A program made the translations under genes and the position numbers. This document shows, piece by piece, positions 41,068 to 52,925 of a stretch of 64,000 bases of DNA; within the stretch, counting starts at the first letter, position 1; the number at the start of each line of letters is the position of its first letter. The notes under the pieces were generated by a model. That model did no database searches and was not told where the DNA came from. It saw only the letters and a list, made by a program, of their open reading frames with translations. Origin of the DNA: Lytechinus pictus (taxonomy: Eukaryota); NCBI RefSeq assembly GCF_037042905.1, contig NC_087251.1:7070001-7134000 (forward strand). The letters run 5' to 3'.

Positions 41068-41954
41068 AACAAGTGGAACGCCTCTGGTTGTCTCGCCTGC
41101 ATTACGCGATTCAATATAGCAGCAGTGCTGACTTTGAAAACAGCTTATGAATAATTATTCACAAAAGAAAACGCTCATATGATAATAAAATACTATGTCC
41201 ATTGACCCAACATAACCTTTGACTATGATCATGTGACCTCAGACGTGTGCAAAACAATCATTCATACTTGATTACCCTTATATCTATGTTTCATGAACTA
41301 CATGTGTAGATCCATAAACTTTTTAAGTTCTGATGCCAATTCAACAATTACCCCCAACACGGCCAAAGTTCATTGACCTTAAATGACCTTTGATCTTGGT
41401 CATGTGACCTGAAACACGCACAGGATATTCAAGGATACATGGTTACTCTTATGTCCAAGTTTCATGAACTAGATCTATAAACTTTTTAGTTTTTAAGTTA
41501 TGACAATTCCACAAATACCCCAACTTTATCAAAGTTCATTGACCCTAAATGACCTTTGACCTTGGTCATGTGACCTAAAACTCAGGCAGGATCTTCAGTG
41601 ATACACTATCACCCTTATGTCCAAGTTTCATTAACTAGGTCCAAATACTTTTTAAGTTATGACAACATTTCAAAAACTTAACCTTGGTTAAGATTTTGAT
41701 ATTGACTCCCCCAACATGGTCTAAGTTCATTGACCCTACCGTATCTTTGATCTTGGTCATGTGACCTGATGTTCAGTAATACTTGATTATCCTTATGTCC
41801 AAGTTTCATGAACTAGGTCCATATACTTTCCAAGTTAAGAGGACATTTCAAGAACTTAACCTTGGTTAAGATTCCAATTTTGACGCCGCCGCCGTCGCCA
41901 CTGTCAGAAAAGCGGCGCACATAGTCTCGCTCTGCTATGCAGGCGAGACAAAAA
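41068..41954. mobile_element. HINE-like tandem-array element, copy 4 (subfamily variant)
   Basis: Same architecture; the termini read GTCTCGCCTGCAT and GCAGGCGAGAC. Confidence 0.75.
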
Positions 41955-42835
41955 TTAAAGTTGAAGTTGTGAGAAGAGCTGAAGTTGTTGAAAAAAATGC
42001 TTTGTCAGATTATTTTAAGTAGAACCTTGCTTTGAAGAAGGAGAGTTTGGGAAAAGAGGAGACTTAACATGGATTGAGTGAATTATTCATAAAACTAAAT
42101 CAAGTAAGAGGCCAGAGAATGTTTATACATGTAGAAAAAAGAAAGAATATGACCATAGGGCTAAAAATTATTGGAAAGCCATACCTACCACTCAAAGACC
42201 AATAAACAATCTCTGTGAATTGTCTTAAAAATGTTAACATTTATGTTATTCTCATCAATGATACACAGTAAAAATGCTCTGTACAACCTGGGTTACTATA
42301 TGAAGAGATCTAGTATCACAATAAACTTTATCATTTAAATTTTGAACAAAAAAATAAATTTCTAATATTTATTCAAACAGAGTTGTTTAGATTTTCAAAC
42401 ATTTATTCTAACCCCTTTTAAACTATTCAAGAATAACTTTAAGTTCATAGAGTAAACTAGATTAAATCTTATACATGTTCAATTTCATTTCTACTCTGTA
42501 TAATTGCTCAGGCATAAAGATAAAGAGAGAGAGAGAGAGATAGGGATGGAGAGAAGGAAAAAGAAAAAGAGAAAGGTCTTTTCATGGACATTGTCCTAAC
42601 AATCCTTTCAACAGCTGATGCATGGTATTCAAATTTTGGTTCATTGTGATTTAATGTACACTGAACAATAAGCACTAATCTCAAAATAATTATTAACAGA
42701 TCATGTATCATTTTATACAATGTATAATGACACTTCACAAAGCGAATATAACAAATGGTTATATTACAAAATCAATAAGTACTAAATGCAGCAAACAGCC
42801 TTGAAGACCTTTTACACACATACTATAGTGATAAT

Positions 42836-43056
42836 CAGACATAGTGGTTCAGTGGTTAGAGTGCCTGCCTCATGAATGGGAGGACGTGGGTTCGATCCCC
42901 AACCGAGTCATTCCTAAGACTTTTAAAATGGGAACTTTTGCCTTCTTGTATGAGAATGGAGAAGGGTAATAATAACGTATTATGTTTTGCAGGGCCCGAT
43001 GGAAGAACAGCTTACAACTAAGAGTGGCTACCCTTGGTAGATAAGAGGTATTATTA
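42836..43056 (+). mobile_element. tRNA-derived SINE
   Basis: A-box TGGTTCAGTGG (42845-42855), B-box GGTTCGATCC (42889-42898), a non-tRNA body and a (TAT)n tail. Confidence 0.7.
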
Positions 43057-45355
43057 TCATACATGATTAATATTATATGTCTACACAACTACAATTGTGA
43101 TTGTGGCTTTTTCTATATCATTCTTTTCAAACAAAATTTTACATTATAGGTCAAAGGTATGTGTATGGCTAATGTGTTGTAGAATACTAACATTTTTATC
43201 ATCAGTCTCTCTCTTTAAAACATCTTTAGATCCTTGTCTACATGTGTTTTTTTTTATTATTTGTTTTTCATTGAAATAAACATTCAGGACATATGACTGG
43301 TGTATTGTATTTCCTCATTTGAAACATGCACTATAAACACCTATCTTGTCTTCATGTACATAGAGTAATTTACAGTGTTCATGTAATCAAGAACTGTACT
43401 CAAGTACATGTAGGCTTTCTAATGAGGGGTAAAATATACATTTATGTGTCTAGTCCCCATAATCCAACATGGACTTTATGACACACTAAAGACAGTCTAA
43501 AAGGTCTACAAAACTACAGAGAGTGACATAACTGTTATAAGGAACTGAACAAAAATCATCTCAGGAATAAAATATAGACCCTAATTGTACATTTTTGTAC
43601 AATATCAATGCACTGTGACACTCAATGCAATTGTGTTGTCATATTGTCTTCTAGTCTTCTACACCCATATCTATAGTTAAAAGATAATATTTAATGCAAC
43701 CCTTTAAACAAAATGAATCAAACTTGTGTACCAGCAAATATATCTTGTTTTCTGTATTGTTTTTTTATCTTCTTCTGTTTGGTACTGAAGCCATCAAACT
43801 ACAAAGACATGACATGCCCTAGAAATAGCATTGCACTGTATAACTAGTAAAATGCAAAAACCATCATCATTCCATTTTTTAGGCAGAAGATCCAGAATGA
43901 TATCCAATGTTTACTTGTAGCTTCATATGTATGTTTTGCTAACTAGATATTCTACCATAAGTCATGCCATGAAGCTAACTTTGTACCTGGATCTGCTCTT
44001 CCTTCTTCAATGTCAACAGTTTAAATTTTGCAGGCTTACCTGCACAGTATATCAAGGCTTTCAAAGATTGAATAATATCATAAATTTATACAAATTGAAT
44101 GAACTATGCAAATGTTTATGTTCATAATAAATCGTATGAAATATGTACCGGTATACAATGCATTGTTTAATCTAAAGTTTTCTTGCAATAAAGAAAACAC
44201 ACAAATTAGATACAGAAATGGACAGTTGTCAACAATAATACAATTTTACCCAAGGACAGATACACCATTCACTTTGAACTTGAACAAAGCAAACAGCTGT
44301 AATCATACACAATTTAGAACATATATACAGTAGCTGATACAATTGGAAAGAACAGATGATGAACCTGCTGAAAATTATATAATAAACAATGCTTCCTCTT
44401 TTAATTTCAAATCATCTCCTGATGGTTCCAGCCTCCTAATTACATGCACACTGTAAACAAAGCTCCTCAGAATGAAAAACATACATGGAAATTTGGAATA
44501 GAATTCTAGTCCACTTCTAAAGCATCACTGAAATTCTTTAGTCACAGCTACATGTACAGTATAGGTGCATAAGAGACTCACAATTGGTGTCCATCCACAT
44601 CAAATGTTAATGTCTTCCCCGTGGTAAGCAAATATCACAAAAGCACAGCAGCAAGATGCAGCCATAGAATATCTCTGGACTTGAAAAGCCGGATGATGGA
44701 GAGAGCTTAGGGGTCATGTGTAGCAGTAGACAGACGGAAATGTTAATGAAGTGATAGAGAGAACAGGCAATTTCTGTGTGGCTGGATATGCACTCTCGTT
44801 TATAGCAGCAAACATAAGGGGATATTCCATTTCATCAAGAGGTAACACTTTGATGAGCTATTCATGAGGGACTTCACCCTGCAGGAAAATTTGCTTGGCA
44901 TTTGTGAAAATTTAAATGAGCCTTTAGCTTCGTAAATTTCCCTTAGTCAGGGTTGGGTTCAATTACTTTCTTCAATTACAATTACAATTACAAAATGATT
45001 TGTTAGATACCCATCCTGTTCAGGATTACCAATAGTGCTTTAATAGAATGTCCAAATTTTTGGTCAGAATATCAAAAGGTTTGGGCATTTTTAGATATCA
45101 TGGGCTTACTACATTGAGTTTAAAGATCTATTACTCAGTCAAAATCCATGTAAATTTCATCAAATTTCACAGCATAATTTAGGAGTGTATTCATATTGCT
45201 ATTTGCCTCCCCTTTTTAAGGCTATCAGCTCCTTCAATTCTTCAAAATGGTGCAAAAAGATCACAAAAATCTATCTTAAAAAATTGACAATTCTGTAACA
45301 AATTTGCGAAGTACAAAAAATGCTGCACTTTTTTTTAAACCAATGTCATTTTCAC

Positions 45356-46338
45356 TAGGCCTTACCCAACAATCGTCCAATACCCAATATTTTGCCGCAT
45401 CGTCAAAACATCGGTATCTGCAATCTTTTTTATGAATGGCCAATGCGTAACCGATGCAAAGTGTATCGTGCTGTGGCTGGTTGTGAACAAGTTTTTCCTA
45501 GTTTTCTCCCTATTTTCTTCACTAAATATAAAAATTTGTGGACCTTATTTGATGAATAATGATAGCATGGCTATAGTTTTGGTACTTGTTCAATATCCTG
45601 TAAACCTCTAGTAACATTACGCAGAAGTTGCGATTGTCTCCAAACTTTTCTGAAGATGCACGTTAAAACTTGAAATCGACTGACTGTAGTACGCCGACCA
45701 TTACTTGTGTGTCAATTTACAGATGAATGAGATGATTGCAAATTTTTTTCCAGTTGATGAAAGATACAGATAAAAATAATATTTATTTACTGACCCGAAG
45801 ATATTTTAATATATTCTTATCATTCTTATCTAAGCAATTTACATGTAGATCCCCCCCCTACAATTATTGTCATTTGTACGATTTCCAAATTGGCACTAAT
45901 GTACATGCCATTTTGGGGCCTCAAGCTTTCACACACTGTCCCAAACATGTCATGGCAACCTTCCATGTACCACCTTACCGGTACGGTACCTCAAACTTGC
46001 CGTTCGCATTTTTCCCGTCTTAATAACCAGCCTCACGAAGTAAAAATGATAACAAACAAGTTGAAACAACTGACTAAGAGAAAACAATGTAACAATTTGG
46101 CTTTTGTACTTTTTTTAACGTTTAAAAACTTTTACCACGAATTTGGGCTGTTTGGCCTGAGTGGGAAGTTGTCTACAATACATGATATGCATTGATAGTG
46201 TAGCTGATAAATGTTTGCATTACCGTATCTGTAATATTAGTTCTGTATATGGGACCGTATCGGTATTTGCAGATACAGGGAGGAAAAATATTGGCACATC
46301 GGATCAGCGATGAAATTCCATATATTGGTTAAGGCCTA
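45356..46338. mobile_element. Non-autonomous hAT-like DNA transposon
   Basis: TIRs TAGGCCTTACCCAA / TTGGTTAAGGCCTA; perfect 8-bp TSD ATTTTCAC (45348-45355, 46339-46346). Confidence 0.85.
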
Positions 46339-47042
46339 ATTTTCACCAAAATTTGCAAAGCTGTAGAGGATGGTATAGGCCTACTTAAGAGATGTAAACA
46401 TTAAAAAGTAGGGGTTCATATGCTTGCTTTTTTACTATCAGCACTTTCTTGGAGAACATGAGATTAATACACCAAAATTGCGTCAAATGCTTTGTATCTA
46501 TGTGAGGAAATATCTCAAACTACTCCTACTGTTTATTCAAACTCGAGGTCATAATCTGTCATACTTTGCAGTAATGCAGAGTAAAGTATTCTGCAAATGG
46601 TAGACGTACTCTAAAAAATGGTTCCATGGATTATTTTCAGCTAATCAGCTTCATAAAATAAAACATCTGTTATGCCGTGAGAATGCAGATCAAAGGAAAA
46701 TCAACTGACAACCTGGCTAATTAATCACCTATTCGTCCATTGTGACGTCAAAGTGCAGAGTAAAATATGCGCAGATTACATGTATGATGCGCACAATCTT
46801 AACGGTGGAACGTCCTTAAATGAGACTCTGAGTAATACTTACATGTATTTCACAAAACACCCCCCTGGAAAATTTGTTGCAGGAAAGAAGTTTATTATTC
46901 AAGTAGATCCAGTAATAAAGACAATAAAAGTAGGCAAAATTGTTATTGTGCCATGCTGCTATTAAATCTGCAAGACCAACTGTATAATGATGAGCTGGGT
47001 AATAAATACATTGTACATATTATTTGCATTTTAATACAGATT

Positions 47043-47234
47043 TATTATTACCCTGGACATTGGATTCAATCAGTCATTCCCGCACTCTACATATATGCAC
47101 ATTCTTTGCTCCCTAGGGAGTATTCTAGCCAGCCAATGAAGCACACACAATGCTGGACAAGCTACAACTATTTTCACGTCCTACTGGGTAGCGGGTATCC
47201 GTTCAACACCTGGGTGGAGAGTGGCAAAGTGTGA
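47043..47234 (-). mobile_element. Probable 5'-truncated SINE remnant
   Basis: The - strand has ctctccacccaggtgttgaacggatacc, resembling a common SINE central domain, and a taataataaa tail. Recognised from memory only. Confidence 0.4.
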
Positions 47235-48236
47235 ACTTATGAGAGCAATTTTAGACTGAAATCGTTGGTTGCTAGCAATGGAGCGCTGTGTGCTCCAGCC
47301 ATTTAATATTGTGGAATATGTTAGTTGCACAATACAGCTGTTGAATACCGATTTACCCCAAAATCAGAAATTTTAGTTAAAATATCAGAAAGCGGAATTG
47401 AAGTTAAAAATTTAGATTTTTTCAGACGATTTTTCAGACGAGCCAAAGTCATTTGCAAATACAAATGTGTACAGATGATCATCAGTTGCGACTCTGTTTA
47501 GAACTAGCCCGCGATGACACCATAGCAACTGACATCACACTTCGGTAGGCCTACTCTATATCCATATCAGATAATGGCAGACATGGGCTGCCATGCTTTA
47601 ATTTAAAAAAAAGTTTTTATAACAATAATATGATTTCAGTTAGACCTAGAACATCTAGCCTTGAAGATGCTGTTGCAAAAACATAGACTTCGAGTTTTAT
47701 TAGGTTATCTTGTTTTATCTGCCCATCAATGCCCACAATCACAATATTGATTACTATGGCAATTGAACTTCTGGGAACCAGCACAGCAGGTGCAATACAC
47801 TGGGTGACCACACTACTCTTTAGGTGGCGCTGCACCAGCCCAAGTTTGCTCAATCTCAAGATTTGAGCCCAATCTGCCCTCTTCGCGATTAATCTTGAGA
47901 TTCAAGAAACTCATCTCCACCAGCGCAAGGAGAGCAATTCTTGCTCGAGCGAGGCATCAATGCATTATGGTGTGACACCATGAATAAGTAATCCCGAGTG
48001 CGTCTGCACTTGCAAATTAGCGAGATAATTTGAAAATAGCGTGCTATTTTGCAAATAATCCTAAGTTGACTTGGGATTGCAATCTCGAGATTAATCCAGT
48101 GAACTATCACGAGGATTGCGTCTCCATTACAAATAATCTCAAGATTGTTCAGATCGGGATAATTTGCCGGATCAGAAATAGTGCACAAATTTGAAAACTT
48201 AAGCTGGTGCAGACAGCCTTTTTGACAAATAGTTTA

Positions 48237-49527
48237 TGCACCTATCAATTGTATGACCCACCCCTCGACCCCCAGGAATGGTGGGTCACTTGTCAAACGT
48301 GAGTCAGAATTTATGGTACCATGACGCACATGTGTGTCTTAACAATGACGCACCTTTACTTACAATGACCCTGCCAAGAAAGAAAAAAGTGACGCACCAA
48401 TTCAAGATTTTGACCAACCATGACTGTCTCCCTGACGCACCTTCGTCAGAGTAAAACGTCAGATTCGGAATAGCTCTGAAGCATGTGAAGTGTGATGTCT
48501 TGTGTGTGCAAGTGCTGCGTGGCGCATAATCGAGCTATAATATGAATGCAATACGTGTATTTCGCTATTATCTGACGATGTTTCGTGGTGATAGCGGAGG
48601 CCGCCGTGAACTTTTATAAAAGGTAACCCTGTAACTGATCATCGGATCGGCAGCCGATTCATTTTTTTTTTCCATTCCGATGATGTCGGGAAAATGCGTC
48701 ATTTATATTTCTTCTCAGAAAACAAGGATTCATACGGAAAAGTACATAAAATATATTTTAACTCCTTAGCACCTCAGCAAAAAACATGTCCCAATCATTT
48801 AATCTTAGATGTTTGTGACTTCTATTTTCCTTTCCGAGATGTTGAAATACTGCATCAATTATATTTCTTTTGGGAGAACAGGAGTTCATAATGAAAGGTA
48901 TATAATATATACATTCGCTCGTTAGTGCCTCAAAATTTTTTAAAATATGTCTTGAAAGGTTGCACGCTAATATGAGATGTTATCAACTTCTATTATGTTT
49001 TATTTACGCTTCCAACGTTGTCGAGAAAATGCATCTTTAATATTACTCCTGGGAGAATGAGAGTTCATAACGAAAGGTATATGAAATATATTTGAACTCG
49101 TTAGCCACTCAAAACAATTTTAAAACATGTTCCGAACGATCGCGCATGTTGGCGAATTCCATTGCATTTTATTCTTTGCGACTTTGTGTTGTCAGGAAGA
49201 TTCGCGCGACAGACAACAACATTTTGATATATTGCTTTGTTTTTAAATATCGCCGATTCAATTTCGATTTTAGAACTAGAAGCTTAACTGCCGATCCAAT
49301 TTGATCTTGATCAGATTTTATACAACATTTTAATACCCGTTTGTATCACTGAGGGATCATGACGCACCCAGGTAAAATGCTGACATTGACGCACCCCAAT
49401 CCTCAAACTGTGACGGACCAAATGTTTCCATGACGGTACCCTGCGTCACTAATTTGTTGGTGAATGACCCTACCATGACACACCATTCCCGGGGGTCAAG
49501 GGGTGCATCTTACAATTGATAGGTGCA
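48237..49527. mobile_element. Non-autonomous PIF/Harbinger-like DNA transposon
   Basis: TIRs TGCACCTATCAATTGTA / TACAATTGATAGGTGCA extending imperfectly for about 45 bp; TTA on both flanks; subterminal TGACGCACC repeats. Confidence 0.75.
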
Positions 49528-49662
49528 TTATTGGTTTATAGGTTGTGACTCTCCTATACACGGGACCAACATTACAGAAAGTTTAGAAGAAGTCGCGATG
49601 GGAGAATTAGAAAGAAATACAATAATTATTTGAGAGATGTTGTTGGGACTAGCCCGAGAACT

Positions 49663-49925
49663 GAAATCCCCAAACCCTTTTGCAAATTCATCAAGGCCAA
49701 AGCACTAGAAGTAGCTTGTATTCCACCACTCAAAGTTCAGGGAAGGATAGTCTCAGAGGCTAGAGAAAGCAACAGAATTCAGGAAATATTTTTGTTCAGT
49801 CTTCATCGGTGGAGACCCCTCCATTCTGGATTAAGTAATGTCCCAGACAAAAATGACATCAAAATAACTGTTGAAGGAGTTCAGAAACTATACCCAAGTA
49901 AGGCTGCCGGACCACACGAAATACA
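49663..49925 (+). pseudogene. CR1/L2-group LINE ORF2 relic (region just before the RT domain)
   Basis: PKPFCKFIKAK..IPPLKVQGRIVSEARE..DIKITVEGVQKL..PSKAAGPHEI resembles the CR1 'PKxFW..K..KAxGPDxI' linker. Confidence 0.65.
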
Positions 49926-52351
49926 GGATTCCTCTACGTACAAATTCTGGTCAAATTAGATAAAATTCATCCTTCCGTATTAAAGTTTTTAAATTTGATA
50001 GACAAAATTGTAAGTGAGAACGTCTAGTTAAGTTAATACATGAGATACAATTTAAACAATAAACATTAAATTAACAACATTAAATTGAATAATCATCTAA
50101 CAATTAATAACAATTAAGAAAAATAAATGGCAATTAAATAAACAATCTTTAAAAATTAAATGAATTTGTAAACAAGCAGGACAAACTGCAATGCAAAACC
50201 AGGCACTGAATAATGAAAAAAAAAAAGAATGGCTCTCAAATTTTTTTTTGAAATGGCTTCCTAAAAATAAAAAGTAATTTCAACACTGGACCGATGGAAG
50301 TCAACTAACTGAAAGTTTTAGAGTTCTCTCTATGAATGCTTCGAACACATAACTCACTTTTCATTTTGAAGGTACTGCCCTGAGCGGGAATTGACAATGC
50401 GTGCATTGTACATGTAGTAGGCAGTGCAATTTTTCACCGACATTGATTTACATAAATTTACATAGTCATGCGAATGGAAATAATAGCATTTGCTGAGCAG
50501 TAGCATTACATGTATGAGACATACAATCTGTTGCATTGTAAATTCTAAATAAATAACAATTGGATTTACTAACTTTACCTTGGCCTCCCACATTCCATTA
50601 CAATGATAGCCTCTTGTCGAGGCTGAATTATATATTCATGAGGAACGTCTTCCTAATGAATAGCCTATACAAGAGCTAATGAATATTTAATGGTCCCCTA
50701 GTAAATTGACCAATGAAATGTCAAGGCCTATATATTACAGAATGGACTGATTAAAATCAAATTCTACCTTCATGCCGTCCTTCACTGTAAAAAAATGTTT
50801 TAGGCTTATACGATGATGGAGGCACAGTGCCCGTGAAATGTTTTCATAACTCTGTGCATGCACACTTGTGCTGCGCTATATACGCTGCAGCTAGCTGTAG
50901 ATACTGTAGATGTTTTATATGAAGAAAAAAAAATTCCCCTAGTTTTGTAATTTTGTCAGAATAAATGAGATCGAATTATTGAAATTCAATCTAACAGAAC
51001 AAATTAAAGTTCACTTTCGTCGGTGCTGCTGCTCATGAGTTGATTCGGATTCAGAAATTATTTGGTTTGGACATATTCTTTTTTCTTATATTTTACTTGC
51101 TTCAAAGTATGGTCTAAGGATTATTTTCGGTCTCATTTCGAAGTCAAATTTTTGAGCGAGTGAAGAGACTCTGCCTGGACGTGGTCGAGGACTTGATTTT
51201 CATTGATTTGGTGGTGTGGCGCAATACATTTGCATGTTAGTTGGTAGCGGCTCGGCAAGTTCGTCTGACTCACCATCCCCGGCGTATTCCCGTAATTCAC
51301 CTTTATCCACATCGCATTGTTGTTCACTAGAGCTAGAATCTTCATCATAAATCTCTTCTCCTTCAAAAATCATCTATTTCGAAATCCAAATCTAGATAAA
51401 CTCTTGAGTTTTCTTCCATTTTGTGATCAGGATCAGCCAGGTTCTTCTAAGATCACTCAATCGCCGTCGGCTACTCCTGAGCGTGCGGACGCGCCAGCAA
51501 ATTAGCTGGCAGTTTCTTACGCTCAGCTACAGCTGCACTGACGGCAACTGAAGAAGAACCTGGCTGTTCCTGATCTTTTTGTCATAAAAAGTTGCTATTT
51601 TCCAGCAGATTTTTCGGAAAGGTGGTTAGTTGATGTATTTGATATAAATTTATCTTTATTATTATAATATTACCCTATCTGCACCATATTTCATAAGCAT
51701 GTGGCAAATTAGTTCAGATTCAGGAAGTTGGGTCCCCGAAAATACACTAAAAAAATGAAGAAATCTGTGATTTTTCCAAGTTTGCAAACTTTATTTTCTC
51801 GCTTATTTATGACCGTATCTTCAAAATTACCAATAAAAAACCAAAACAGAATTTTGTTCTGCTACAGCGATATCGGACTTTGCAATTGTTTTAGGAAGTT
51901 GTGCACATGAGAGCAAATCGCTAGCCAATCGTGTGTGTTTTTTGCTTTTCAGCAGCCATAAAAATAGTAAATATCAAGAAAATTGATGCGGCAATCAAAA
52001 AAGGGAAGCAGGCACGGACGAGAAACATCACTTTTTGATATCCTTTTTAGCCAATTTTTTAAAACAGTAAAAAATGTCATGCGGCGGCCAAAATAGATGC
52101 GCGCGAGGACTGCTTTCTTTTATACTAAGCCTTACACGTCCCACATGCACACACTGTTTCTTCAAGGAGAAATATATTGATTATGAATATGGCCTTATTA
52201 TATATCAGTGGAAAGGTAATGATGTGGGGATAATCATTTGGTCATTCAAAAATAACGAAAATAATACATAAGGTGGAAATCGCCAATTAAAAATCGCTAA
52301 AATGTCTCTCCGAAATATGCCTCGCATCGGTCTCTGAATTGACTCAAAATC

Positions 52352-52604
52352 GATGACGTGCATGAGTGTACGAGAGACATGATTGGCTCTCCCACGTCTG
52401 AAGGCAAATCAACTCAACGAATAGCAGCAGACGATATGCACCAACGATGAACTTCACGTGGCTGCGATTGTAAACAAACCATCACAAACACAGGGCTTGC
52501 TTGCTCGCCTTGCTGATTGTTTACAATTGCAACGGGTTTTGCATGCAAGTGGAGCTTGATGTGGGAGAGCCAATCACGTCTCTCGTACACTCATGCACGT
52601 CATC
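52352..52604. repeat. ~47-bp inverted repeat inside a degenerate TIR element (~52165-52795)
   Basis: gatgacgtgcatgagtgtacgagagacatgattggctctcccac and its reverse complement; inner IR attgtaaacaa / ttgtttacaat. Confidence 0.7.
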
Positions 52605-52804
52605 AAAAATCCCCAATTTCGCGGACGTAATTCAGCGTGTTTGAAGCAATCAGAGAGAGAACTTTAAACTATCAATTAACTGAGTTTCATCGGTCTCCAT
52701 GATAAATGATTTACACCATCGTGTTCTTCTATTTTCTCCTTTAATTTGATATATAATTCTCAATTTTTAGGATTTGCAATATATTTCTACTTTAATATCA
52801 GAAA

Positions 52805-52925
52805 ACTTTTGTTCTTGATGCCATCAGACTGTGGAATACTCTCCCTGCTGGCCTGCCAACAAGGTTAACTGCACTTCACTGTCTTCAGTAGACGTAGCCA
52901 AATTCAAGGCTGAGGTCACTCACAC
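52805..52925 (+). pseudogene. CR1/L2-group LINE ORF2 C-terminal relic
   Basis: Translates as DAIRLWNTLP...FKAEV, the typical 'WNxLP...FK' ORF2 tail. Confidence 0.55.

Noticed and set aside
42836..42910. Possible tRNA gene
   Set aside because: A and B boxes are present, but there is no clean acceptor stem and it runs into a SINE body and tail.
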